From the NCBI GenBank assembly GCA_044866005.1, contig JBIOTN010000031.1, positions 1-23,332 on the forward strand: a DNA stretch of 23,332 bases, read 5' to 3'. A model generated the notes under the pieces. The model searched no databases. It worked only from the letters and a program-made list of their open reading frames with translations, and was not told the origin of the DNA. The position numbers were made by a program, and so were the translations under genes. Source of the stretch: Candidatus Rokuibacteriota bacterium (lineage in GTDB: Bacteria; Methylomirabilota; Methylomirabilia; Rokubacteriales; DASRDR01). Positions 8,916-17,190 of the stretch are shown here, piece after piece. Each line of letters starts with the position of its first letter. Position 1 is the first letter of the stretch.

Positions 8916-9860
8916 ATGACCGCCTACCTCGTCCGCCGCATCCTGGCGCTGTTCCCCGTGATGGCGGTGGTCGTCACGGTCGTCTTCCTCCTGATCCACC
9001 TGATCCCCGGCGACCCCGTGAGCGTCATGCTCGGTCCCGACGCGACGGCCGCCCAGATCGAGGCGACGCGCCAGGCGCTCGGCCTCGACCGCCCGGTGTA
9101 CGAGCAGCTCCTGAAGTTCTACGCCCGCGTGCTGCGCGGCGACCTCGGGCAGTCCTACTTCCTCGACCGCCCCGTCACCACGGCCTTGCGCGAGCGCTTC
9201 GAGCCCACGGCCGTCCTCACGCTCCTGGCCTTGCTCGTCGCCGTGGCCATCGGCGTGCCCTCGGGCATCGTCGCGGCGGCGTACCCGGGCTCGTTCTGGG
9301 ACCGGACGCTGATGCTGGGCGCCCTGCTCGGCGTCTGCGTCCCCGGGTTCTGGCTCAGCCTGAACTTCATCTACCTGTTCGCGGTCCGCCTGGGCTGGCT
9401 GCCGGCCGCGGGGTACGCGTCGTTCCTGGTCGATCCGGTGGCCGCGCTCCGCTACATGGTCCTGCCGGCGGTGTCGCTCGGGTTCAACCAGTCGGCCCTG
9501 ATCGCGCGCATCAGCCGGTCCTGCATGCTGGAGGTCCTCCAGCAGGACTACATCCGGACGGCGCGGGCCAAGGGGCTCTCCCAGCGCGTCGTGATCTACG
9601 TCCACGCGTTCCGGAACGCTCTCGTCCCCGTGGTCGCCGTCATCGGGATCACCATGGCGATCCTGATCGGCGGCGCCGTGGTGACCGAGATCGTCTTCAA
9701 CATTCCGGGGCTCGGCCGGCTGATCATCTCCGCCATCCTGCGGCGGGACTACCCGGTGGTGCAGGGCGTCGTCCTGGTGACGGCCGCCGCCTACGTGCTG
9801 ATCAACCTCACCGTGGACGTCGTCTACGCCTTCATCGACCCCCGCATCCGCTACGACTGA
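8916..9860 (+). CDS. ABC peptide/nickel transporter permease (DppB/OppB type)
   Basis: N-terminal IPGDPV..LGLDRP, EAA loop QDYIRTARAKGL, HAFRNAL, RDYPVVQG, C-terminal DPRIRY. Confidence 0.95.
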   Translation: MTAYLVRRILALFPVMAVVVTVVFLLIHLIPGDPVSVMLGPDATAAQIEATRQALGLDRPVYEQLLKFYARVLRGDLGQSYFLDRPVTTALRERFEPTAVLTLLALLVAVAIGVPSGIVAAAYPGSFWDRTLMLGALLGVCVPGFWLSLNFIYLFAVRLGWLPAAGYASFLVDPVAALRYMVLPAVSLGFNQSALIARISRSCMLEVLQQDYIRTARAKGLSQRVVIYVHAFRNALVPVVAVIGITMAILIGGAVVTEIVFNIPGLGRLIISAILRRDYPVVQGVVLVTAAAYVLINLTVDVVYAFIDPRIRYD

Positions 9861-9866
9861 GCTGAG

Positions 9867-10769
9867 ATGTCCGAGGCGGCCGTCGAGAAGGTCCTGACGC
9901 AGCCCCGGGAGGTGACGCGCGAGGCCCCGGAACTCCTGCGCGCGCGCTGGGCCCGCCGGCTGGTCCGGAACCGCAACGTCGTCCTCGGCGCCGCGGCGTT
10001 CTCGCTGCTGCTGGCCGCGGCGATCTTCGCCGACGCGATCTCGACCCACAACCCCACGCGCCTCTACCCGGCCAACCGGCTCAAGGCGCCCAGCGCCCAG
10101 AACTACCTCGGCACCGACGAGTTCGGCCGTGACGTGTACAGCCTCGTCGTCCACGGCAGTCGCGTCTCCTTGCTGGTCGGCGGCGTGACCATGCTCTTCA
10201 CGTCGCTGGGCGGGGTCGTCATCGGGCTCACCGCCGGCTACTACCGCCGGCTCGACCTCCCGATCATGCGGGTCATGGACGGCCTGATGGCCTTCCCCGC
10301 GATCCTGCTCGCCATCGCCCTCATGGCGGCGCGCGGCCCCGGCGTCTGGAACGTGATCTTCGCCCTGTCGGTCGTCTACATGCCGCGGACCGCGATGCTC
10401 ATCCGCAGCACGGTCCTGAGCCTCCGCGAGCTGGACTACGTCCAGGCGGCGCGCGGGCTCGGCCGTCGCGACCTGGCGATCGCCTTCCGGCACATCCTTC
10501 CCAACTGCATCGGCCCGCTTCTCGTCCAGGGGACCTTCATCTTCGCGTACGCGGTCCTGGCCGAGGCGATCCTGGGCTTTCTCGGGGTCGGCGTGCCGCC
10601 CTACGTGCCATCCTGGGGCAACGTGATCGCCGGCGGCAAGAACGTGATCCGCGAGGCGTTCTGGGTAAGCCTCTTCCCGGGGCTGGCCCTCACGCTGGCG
10701 GGGCTGTCCTTGAACCTGCTCGGCGACGGGTTGCGCGACACCCTGGACCCCCGACTCCGGGTCCCGTAG
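9867..10769 (+). CDS. ABC peptide/nickel transporter permease (DppC/OppC type)
   Basis: LGTDEFGRDVYS, EAA loop DYVQAARGLG, HILPN, PSWG, NLLGDGLRDTLDPR. Confidence 0.95.
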   Translation: MSEAAVEKVLTQPREVTREAPELLRARWARRLVRNRNVVLGAAAFSLLLAAAIFADAISTHNPTRLYPANRLKAPSAQNYLGTDEFGRDVYSLVVHGSRVSLLVGGVTMLFTSLGGVVIGLTAGYYRRLDLPIMRVMDGLMAFPAILLAIALMAARGPGVWNVIFALSVVYMPRTAMLIRSTVLSLRELDYVQAARGLGRRDLAIAFRHILPNCIGPLLVQGTFIFAYAVLAEAILGFLGVGVPPYVPSWGNVIAGGKNVIREAFWVSLFPGLALTLAGLSLNLLGDGLRDTLDPRLRVP

Positions 10770-10815
10770 CCACCGGTCCGGCGGCAGCGCACCGTCACCC
10801 GGAGAGGAGGCGCCG

Positions 10816-11580
10816 ATGAAGCTCTTCGACCTCAGCGGACGCGTGGCCATCGTGACGGGCGGCAACGGCGGCATCGGCCTCGGCATGGCGCGCGGCCTGG
10901 CCCAGGCGGGGGCCGCCGTCGTCGTCGCCGCGCGTGACCGCGCCAAGAGCGCCGGCGCGGTGAAGGAGCTCACGGCCCTGGGCGCCCAGGCCGCGGCCGT
11001 GGAGGTGGATGTGTGCCGCGAGGCGTCGTGCCGCGCGATGGTCCAGGCCGCGCTCGATCGTCATGGACGGCTCGATGTCCTGGTGAACAACGCGGGCACC
11101 AACATCCGGAAGCAACCCCAGGAGTACACCCTCGACGAGTGGCGCCTGGTCATCGACACCAACCTCACGAGCGCGTTCATGGCCGCGCAGGCCGCCTACC
11201 CGGCCATGGTGCGCGCGGGCGGCGGCAAAATCATCAACATCGGCTCGATGATGTCGATCTTCGGCGCCTCCTTCACCGCGCCCTACGCCGCGAGCAAGGG
11301 CGGGCTGGTGCAGCTGACCCGGGCGCTCGCCACCGCGTGGGCGAAGGACAACATCCAGGTCAACGCGGTCCTCCCCGGCTGGATCGACACGGCGCTCACC
11401 CGGAAGGCCCGCGAGCAGATCGCGGGGCTCCACGAGCGCGTCCTGGCCCGCACGCCGGCAGGGCGCTGGGGCACGCCCGAGGACCACGCGGGCATCGCGG
11501 TCTTCCTGGCGAGCCCCGCCTCGGACTTCGTCACCGGCACCGCGATCCCGGTGGACGGAGGGTATTCCGTCCAGGGGTGA
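10816..11580 (+). CDS. SDR oxidoreductase, KduD / gluconate 5-dehydrogenase-like
   Basis: TGGNGGIG Rossmann motif, LVNNAG, catalytic YAASK, VNAVLPGWIDT, VDGG. GAGGAGG RBS. Confidence 0.92.
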   Translation: MKLFDLSGRVAIVTGGNGGIGLGMARGLAQAGAAVVVAARDRAKSAGAVKELTALGAQAAAVEVDVCREASCRAMVQAALDRHGRLDVLVNNAGTNIRKQPQEYTLDEWRLVIDTNLTSAFMAAQAAYPAMVRAGGGKIINIGSMMSIFGASFTAPYAASKGGLVQLTRALATAWAKDNIQVNAVLPGWIDTALTRKAREQIAGLHERVLARTPAGRWGTPEDHAGIAVFLASPASDFVTGTAIPVDGGYSVQG

Positions 11581-11622
11581 CCCCGGCCCGTCCCCGCCGT
11601 CTGGCGGCGGATTCCCGCGGTC

Positions 11623-11631
11623 TGCTAAGGT
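11623..11631 (+). promoter_or_regulatory. Extended -10 promoter candidate (TGcTAAGGT) for the PaaA-like gene
   Basis: TGnTAnnnT followed by a GGGAGG RBS and ATG 11654. Confidence 0.45.
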
Positions 11632-11653
11632 GTCGCTGGGGAGGCCGGCGGCG

Positions 11654-12484
11654 ATGAGCGAGATGGACGCGATCCGGGAGAGCGAGGAGCGCGGGCGCAC
11701 GGACCTCTGGCCCTTCTGGCGGCGCGCCTACGCCCAGGGAGATCCGCTTCCGCGGCTCACCTGCGCGGTCAGCCGTCCCGCCTACCGCTTCGACGAGGAC
11801 GAGCCGCTCCCCGAGGAGTACAAGGCGCTCCTCCTCAAGATGCTCCGCCACGAGGGCGAGCGCGCCGGCAACAAGAGCTTCCTCGGCTTCATGGGCACGT
11901 GCCTGGAGATCGCGGAGACGCTCTTCCCGACGGCGGAGTCGAAGCTGATCAAGGCCGAATACCTGGCCGAGGAGCTCAAGCACGCGATCATGTTCCACCG
12001 TCTCGCCGTCGGCCTCGACAGGAGCTTCGCCCTCCGCGACGTGCCCTATGCCCACTACGCCTTCCACCTGCCGCGCGAAAGCTGGGCCGACGACGCCTAC
12101 TTCCACTTCTTCGTGGACCTCAACGGGGCCTTCCACGCGCGGGACTGGCGGGAGTCGAGCTACGTGCCCCTCGCCAAGATGTCGGCCACCGTGGAGCGTG
12201 ACGAGCTCGGCCACTCGGAGATGGGCTACCACTTCCTGACCGAGATCGTCGCCGACCGGAAGGGGAAGGCCCTGGCCCAGGCGCTTCTCGCGAAGTGGTA
12301 TCCCGCGGCGCTCGACATGTTCGGCCGCTCGGACTCGCCGAACGTGCCGCGGTTCATCCAGTGGGGGCTCAAGGGCGTGGGGAACGCCGAGATCCGCCAG
12401 GCGTACAAGCAGTACGTGGACCGGAAGCTCACGGGGCTCGGCCTGGATCTGCCGGACGAACGCACGCACCGCCGCTTCCTCTAG
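11654..12484 (+). CDS. Ferritin-like diiron protein, PaaA/PaaC (phenylacetyl-CoA epoxidase subunit) / BoxB-like family
   Basis: Two ExxH motifs (AEELKH, RDELGH), an intervening FFVD, and QALLAKWYPAALDMFG resembling the PaaA C-terminal helix. Confidence 0.8.
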   Translation: MSEMDAIRESEERGRTDLWPFWRRAYAQGDPLPRLTCAVSRPAYRFDEDEPLPEEYKALLLKMLRHEGERAGNKSFLGFMGTCLEIAETLFPTAESKLIKAEYLAEELKHAIMFHRLAVGLDRSFALRDVPYAHYAFHLPRESWADDAYFHFFVDLNGAFHARDWRESSYVPLAKMSATVERDELGHSEMGYHFLTEIVADRKGKALAQALLAKWYPAALDMFGRSDSPNVPRFIQWGLKGVGNAEIRQAYKQYVDRKLTGLGLDLPDERTHRRFL

Positions 12485-12548
12485 GACTTCGGGGGGTCTC
12501 GGAAGACCCCCCCGATGCCCCCCCGTCGTTGCGCCGGCTTCGCCGGCG
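12481..12548 (-). repeat. REP-like element, copy B (inverted relative to A and C), abutting the PaaA-like stop
   Basis: ctaggacttcggggggtctcggaagacccccccgatgcccccccgtcgtt followed by hairpin cgccggcttcgccggcg. Reverse complement of the cores at 1626-1660 and 17219-17267. Confidence 0.85.
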
Positions 12549-12607
12549 AGTCGGCACCTTTTCTGCCGCGTGCTATAGATAACGAAAATGGGGCAGAGCC
12601 TCCCGGG

Positions 12608-12820
12608 ATGGACCTGAGGTACTTCGAGCTCCAGGACCTGCTCTGCGAGACGCTGATCGCGCTCGAGGCGGGCGATCACCGGACGGCGGCGGCGCTGGTG
12701 CGGAAGGCGCTGGCCTGGGCCGAGGCCGACTGGCTGGCAACGCCCTCGGCCGGGGCGACGGCGCGGAGCGCCTCGGCCCCGGCCGGGCCGGCGCCGGACG
12801 CGGGCGCGGACGACGAGTGA
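12608..12820 (+). CDS. Small hypothetical protein (70 aa, helical N-half, low-complexity acidic tail)
   Basis: MDLRYFELQDLLCETLIALEAG... with coding-like GC3. AT-rich promoter-like sequence (tgctatagataacgaaaat) upstream. Confidence 0.6.
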   Translation: MDLRYFELQDLLCETLIALEAGDHRTAAALVRKALAWAEADWLATPSAGATARSASAPAGPAPDAGADDE

Positions 12821-12896
12821 CGGCCTTCGGGGGCGAGCGAGCGAGGAGCCGTCCCGGGCCCGAGCCACCCATGCCGGGACATCCTTCGCGCCGACT

Positions 12897-13190
12897 ATGC
12901 CCGTGAGCGACGTGCTGGAAGAGGTTCGCGCTGCCTACGCCACGGTCGGCATCGCGCTCGACGACCCGGCCACGTACGGGACCTACTATCGCCTGCGCTG
13001 CGCGCGCTGCGGCGCCATGCTCGGGGCGGTCGGCGACAAGCTGCTGCCGGGCATGGGCCAGGCGCTCGTCTCGGAGCAGTTCGACCTCTACGCGGCGGGA
13101 CTGCTCGGATGCGCCTGTGGCCACCAGGCCGACTGCGCCCGAAGGCTGGATCCCGACCGCGCCGCGGCCGCGCGCCGCCGACTCGCCTGA
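12897..13190 (+). CDS. Small putative metal-binding protein (CxxC ... CxCxH)
   Basis: RLRCARCG and LGCACGHQ motifs, coding-like codon use. Start may instead be GTG 12903. Confidence 0.75.
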   Translation: MPVSDVLEEVRAAYATVGIALDDPATYGTYYRLRCARCGAMLGAVGDKLLPGMGQALVSEQFDLYAAGLLGCACGHQADCARRLDPDRAAAARRRLA

Positions 13191-13234
13191 GGGAAACCGG
13201 ACCCCGCCGGCGCCGTGCCACCCGCGGCGCCCGC

Positions 13235-13254
13235 GAGTTCTCATATGAAAATTC
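13235..13254. promoter_or_regulatory. AT-rich imperfect palindrome gagttcTCATATGAaaattc, candidate protein-binding site
   Basis: 16 of 20 positions are self-complementary. Lies about 15 bp upstream of a sigma54-like motif. Confidence 0.45.
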
Positions 13255-13268
13255 TGCGCGTGAGCTTC

Positions 13269-13285
13269 CCGGCAGGCTATTTGCT
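13269..13285 (+). promoter_or_regulatory. Sigma54 (-24/-12) promoter candidate ccGGCAggctatTTGCT
   Basis: Exact GG-N10-GC spacing with TTGCT at -12, compared with consensus YTGGCACGNNNNTTGCW. Confidence 0.55.
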
Positions 13286-13316
13286 TCGCTCCCGTGTCAG
13301 GTCGGGAGACACGACT

Positions 13317-13418
13317 ATGCGTACGGGTCCGCGCCACCCCAGGGCAGGGGACGTCCCGGCCGGCATGAGGCCGGGAGAGCGTCACCCCGGGCGGCCAGCT
13401 CCGCCACCTGTCACCTGA
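13317..13418 (+). CDS. Candidate 33-aa peptide MRTGPRHPRAGDVPAGMRPGERHPGRPAPPPVT
   Basis: GGGAG 8 nt before the ATG, directly downstream of the sigma54-like motif. Internal repeat M-R-x-G-x-R-H-P encoded with different codons. Confidence 0.3.
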   Translation: MRTGPRHPRAGDVPAGMRPGERHPGRPAPPPVT

Positions 13419-13486
13419 CGGTCGGGTCCATCATCTCGAACGTGTCCGAGAGTGAGCGGGACCCGGGCGTCCCGGGAGGCGGCCTG

Positions 13487-15286
13487 ATGGATCCCTGGGA
13501 GCTCGAGCTCCTCAGCGGGTGGGCGGTGATCGCCGCCACGCTGGGCGCCGAGGGCGTGCGCCGTTGGCGGCGCCTCGCCGACGACGCCAAGAAGCTGACG
13601 GTCTACCAGAGCCCCGACTTCGTCATGACCTGGTACGAGCTGTTCGAGCGCGAGTACGAGCCGTTGCTCCTGCTCGGGCGTGGCCGGGACGGGGTCCCCG
13701 TGGGCATCTTGCCGCTCGCCGTTCCGCGCAGCGAGAAGGGCGGGCTCGTCTTTGCCGGGGCCGACTTCGGCGCGTACGCCGGTTGGCTCGCGGCGCCGGC
13801 CCTGGAGGAAGAGTTTCCGACCGCGTGCCTGACGCGTCTCCACGAGCTCGGTCGGCTGCCCGCGGTGTGGGCGTGGCCGTCCCTCGCGCCGGGCACCGGC
13901 GTCGACTGGCTCCGACACCCCGCGCTCGCCGGCCGGATCACGGCGCGGCTCATCGGCGTGCCGTCGCGGGTCTGGCGCCTTCCGCGGCCGGGCGCGGAAG
14001 GGCGCGATTCCGTGGACGAGCGGGGCGGACCGTCGCTGGTCCGACTCGACGGGCCGGGGCTCACCGAGGAGCTCTTCGCGCGCTTTCAAGGGCTGTGGGA
14101 TTCCGAACAGCTCATGCGCCATGCGGTCGCGCCCTTCGACGAATCGCCATCCCGCGCGGCCTTCGTGCGGCGGCTGCTCGAACGGGCGCCCGACCGGGCC
14201 GCGCTCTTCGCCCTCATGGCGGGCTCCGTCCCCGTGGCGTTCGCGCTCGCGCTGGTGAACGGACGGCACGCGGCGTGTCCCATCGCGGCGTTCGACCCGC
14301 GGTGGCGTGCCGCCTCGCCCGAAATCGCCCTGCTCGAACGGCTCGCCGCCGCCCTGCGCAAGCGGGGCGTCGAGGAGGTGAGGCTGGCCGCTCACACCGC
14401 GGAGCGCGCGGATGCCCGGGCGGGGGCCGAGACGCTCTGCGCCGTTCACCTCTACCGCTCGCGGGTCAGGGCGCGGCTGCAGGAGCGGACGGCGTCGCTG
14501 GCCCGCTACGTGCGGGCGAGCCCCGCCGGGATCCGGGTGGGGAACGGCCTGGCGTGGGCGCGTGGCCTGTGGGGGGCGGTCCACCAGCGGCCGCTCCCCA
14601 AGCTCGTGTCAGCGGCGCTGCGCGGCGCCCGGGGCTGGCTCTGGTCGCGCGACATGGTGACGATCCACCGCTGCGACTGCACGGCCGGCTTCGCCGACAA
14701 GCCGGGCGAGAAGCCGCCGTCCGCCTTCCGGGAGGACACGATCGAGGATTTTCTGCACTACACCGGCTCCATTTGGCACGCCTCGCGCCAGGCCATGATG
14801 ACGGAAGCCCGGCGGCGCCTCGGCCGTGGCGAGCATTGCGTCACGGCCCTGGTGGACGGCGTCCTGGCCTACTACGCGTGGGTCCAGGTCGAGCCGCCGA
14901 CCATCGAGGTGCCCGAGGTCGGCTTCAGCTATCGGTTGCCGCCCCAGAGCGCGGTGGCATACGACTCGTACACCGAGCCCCGCTTGCGCGGCCACGGGCT
15001 CCACCGGTGGGGCGATCGGTATCGGGTGCGCTGGGCGGCCAGGCTGGGCGCGCGGCAGATCTTTTCGGCGGTGGCCGACTCGAACGTGCCGTCGAAGCGG
15101 GCCAAGGAGGCGGCCGGATACCGTCCGTTCACCCACGTCGTCCGCGTGCGGCGGCTGGGTCGGTCGCGCACGTGGGAAGAGCCGCTGGCGAGCGCGCCGG
15201 CGCGCGAGGCGACCGGCGCGCCGGACGCGGACCCCTCGGCTCGCGCCGGCTCGTCGCTCGACGCGCGCGCCCGCGAGCGCGCGTGA
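13487..15286 (+). CDS. Double-GNAT protein: N-terminal CelD/BcsL-like (Acetyltransf_6) region fused to a C-terminal GNAT domain
   Basis: TVYQSPDFVMTWY, VGILPLA, FAGADFGAYAGWL and AFDPRWRAASPE are typical of the CelD/BcsL type. C-terminal YDSYTEPRLRGHGL and DSNVPSKRAKEAAGY match GNAT motifs A and B. GGAGG RBS. Confidence 0.8.
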   Translation: MDPWELELLSGWAVIAATLGAEGVRRWRRLADDAKKLTVYQSPDFVMTWYELFEREYEPLLLLGRGRDGVPVGILPLAVPRSEKGGLVFAGADFGAYAGWLAAPALEEEFPTACLTRLHELGRLPAVWAWPSLAPGTGVDWLRHPALAGRITARLIGVPSRVWRLPRPGAEGRDSVDERGGPSLVRLDGPGLTEELFARFQGLWDSEQLMRHAVAPFDESPSRAAFVRRLLERAPDRAALFALMAGSVPVAFALALVNGRHAACPIAAFDPRWRAASPEIALLERLAAALRKRGVEEVRLAAHTAERADARAGAETLCAVHLYRSRVRARLQERTASLARYVRASPAGIRVGNGLAWARGLWGAVHQRPLPKLVSAALRGARGWLWSRDMVTIHRCDCTAGFADKPGEKPPSAFREDTIEDFLHYTGSIWHASRQAMMTEARRRLGRGEHCVTALVDGVLAYYAWVQVEPPTIEVPEVGFSYRLPPQSAVAYDSYTEPRLRGHGLHRWGDRYRVRWAARLGARQIFSAVADSNVPSKRAKEAAGYRPFTHVVRVRRLGRSRTWEEPLASAPAREATGAPDADPSARAGSSLDARARERA

Positions 15287-15318
15287 CGGACCACGGGCCC
15301 GGCATGAAAGGGAGGAGC

Positions 15319-16206
15319 ATGGACAACAACGGCGATACCGGAAAGACCGCGCTCCGCGCGCAGGCCTGGCGGGGCTGGTTCGAGGGCTGGCTCACGTTGC
15401 CTCTGGAGCAGCGCTCGATCGGCTTCTACGCCTTGCCGGAGGAGTACTTCGCGTCGACGGCCGACCACATCGCGAGCACGTTGGGCCTCGACCCGGAGGC
15501 CGACGTCGTCCTCGACCTCGGCTGCGACAGCGCGATGGTGACCCGGGTGGTCGGGCCGCGATGCCGGCGGCTGGTCGGCGCGGATTTCATCCCGGGCCTC
15601 GTCGCGGATGTCCCGCGCGGGTCCGTCCGCTCGGCCACGGGTCGAGACGCGGCCTTCGTCGCCGCCGACGGTCGCTTCCTGCCGTTCCGGTCGCAGGCGT
15701 TCACCAAGGCCTATTGCGCCGGTGTCATCCACACCCTGCCGAGCCGGGAAGACGGCGTCGCGATGATCGAAGAGCTGGTGAGGGTCTGCCGGCCCGGGGG
15801 GGCGGTGCTGGTGGCCGCGGTGCCGGACCGCGCCAAGCGCTTCCAGAGCTTCGTCGATCTCTGGAGGCACGCCGGTCCGATCGGAAAGATGAGGCGGCTC
15901 CTGTCGCCGATGATCCCCGGCTGGGCGAAGCGGGCCGCGCGACGCCTGCTCGGCCTGCCGCCCGGGCTGGTCTTCCTCCAGTACGATCTGCGCGAGCTCA
16001 AGCGCGCGTTCGAAGCGCGCGGCCTCACCTGCGACGTCCTCGACTTTCCGGCCACGTACTGGAGCCTTCACTTCCGGCGCACCCGCGCGAACCTCCTGAT
16101 CCGGATCCCGGAGGGGCGGCCCTCGGCCGCCCGCGCCGGCGAGCCGGCCGCGATGGCCGGGCGCGACCTCGCGCGCGGGGGCGCCGTCCCGGCACGGTCC
16201 GCCTGA
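15319..16206 (+). CDS. Class I SAM-dependent methyltransferase (Methyltransf_11/25-like)
   Basis: VVLDLGC, LVGADF, AADGRFLPF, GVIHTL, ELVRVCRPGG. GGAGGAG RBS. Confidence 0.85.
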   Translation: MDNNGDTGKTALRAQAWRGWFEGWLTLPLEQRSIGFYALPEEYFASTADHIASTLGLDPEADVVLDLGCDSAMVTRVVGPRCRRLVGADFIPGLVADVPRGSVRSATGRDAAFVAADGRFLPFRSQAFTKAYCAGVIHTLPSREDGVAMIEELVRVCRPGGAVLVAAVPDRAKRFQSFVDLWRHAGPIGKMRRLLSPMIPGWAKRAARRLLGLPPGLVFLQYDLRELKRAFEARGLTCDVLDFPATYWSLHFRRTRANLLIRIPEGRPSAARAGEPAAMAGRDLARGGAVPARSA

Positions 16207-16389
16207 CCCCGAACGGGGCGGTCCGCGGGCGGGCGCCGCCGGGCCAGGAGCCTCTTCGCCGGGTCCGGGCCGGGTCGCAGCCCGCCCGCGCGAGCAACAT
16301 TTGCACGGCGCCGTGAACGGGCGGCGCGTGCGGCTCCCCGCGCCCGCCGGATGCCGCGCGTGGCCTGACCGGCGGCGTGGGCACTCTTC

Positions 16390-16419
16390 TTGCTCCTCCG
16401 TCGGGCGAGAGCGTACGAT
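16390..16419 (+). promoter_or_regulatory. Sigma70-type promoter candidate TTGCTC-N18-TACGAT
   Basis: Spacing and position about 40 nt upstream of ATG 16462. Confidence 0.35.
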
Positions 16420-16461
16420 GGCCACTCTCTCGCTCGACGACCGCGCCGCTGCCGCGCCGGT

Positions 16462-17055
16462 ATGAGGCCCGGCGGACACCTCGCCACGGCCTTCGCGCTC
16501 GGCGCCGCCGGCTACGCCGTGACCGGCTCGACCGAGCTCGCCGCCGGTTGCGTCGCGGGCGCCTTCCTGATCGACGTCGACCATTACCTCGACTACCTCA
16601 CGGTCGAGGGCCAGTGGCGTCGCCCGGGCCCGGCCGCGTTTCTCCGCTACTACTTCACGAGCCGGCCGCGCCGGTTCGTGCTGCCGCTCCATTCGGTCGA
16701 GCTGGTGGCGTTGCTGACCGCGCTCCTGACGGTGTGGCCGCGGCCGGGCTTGCTCGGCTACGTCGCCGGCGCCGTGTTGCACCTGCTCTTCGACGTGCTG
16801 GTCAACGGCGAGCAGATCCTGCGGCAGCCGCTCAGCTTCTACAGCCTCGCCTACCGCGCCTGGCTGGGCTTCGCCGCCGACCGCCTCACCCATGCGCTCG
16901 TGGTGCCCGCGGACGCCGGCGCGCGCCCGTTCCGTGAATTCTTCGGCTGGCGGGCGCGCGAGCGCCGCCTCGAGGGCCCCGACGCCCCGTCTCCGGCCCG
17001 TCGCCCCGAGGTGCGGGGTCTCAACGCGCTGACGGGACCGATCGCCTCCGACTGA
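16462..17055 (+). CDS. Putative membrane-bound metal-dependent hydrolase (YdjM-like pattern)
   Basis: N-terminal His (PGGHL), IDVDH, LHS and HLLFD motifs set among hydrophobic helices. Confidence 0.7.
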   Translation: MRPGGHLATAFALGAAGYAVTGSTELAAGCVAGAFLIDVDHYLDYLTVEGQWRRPGPAAFLRYYFTSRPRRFVLPLHSVELVALLTALLTVWPRPGLLGYVAGAVLHLLFDVLVNGEQILRQPLSFYSLAYRAWLGFAADRLTHALVVPADAGARPFREFFGWRARERRLEGPDAPSPARRPEVRGLNALTGPIASD

Positions 17056-17190
17056 CGCGGCTCACCGGGTTCCGCTTCGAGCGCCGGCTCGGCCGGCGCA
17101 AACATCCCGGGGGGGTCAAAGGGCAGCGCCTCCCTTTGAGGAGCTATGCGCCTGTCGGAGTAAGCCGGCGCACCGCAACGCTCGGGACGT

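Noticed and set aside
8688..10973. 761-aa minus-strand ORF and the many other long overlapping ORFs (e.g. 1513-3075, 14929-16893, 17413-19749, 21215-22942)
   Set aside because: They overlap well-supported genes, are Arg/Pro/Gly/Ala-rich or antisense mirror translations, and lack RBSs and domains.
13519..16206. 895-aa ORF suggesting a GNAT-methyltransferase frameshift fusion
   Set aside because: Only the part from ATG 15319 (strong RBS) looks like protein. The upstream part is an off-frame read of the GNAT gene.
16294..16318. gcaacatttgc / cacggcgccgtg palindromes as a sigma54 or operator site
   Set aside because: No GG-N10-GC on either strand, and short GC palindromes are expected by chance here.
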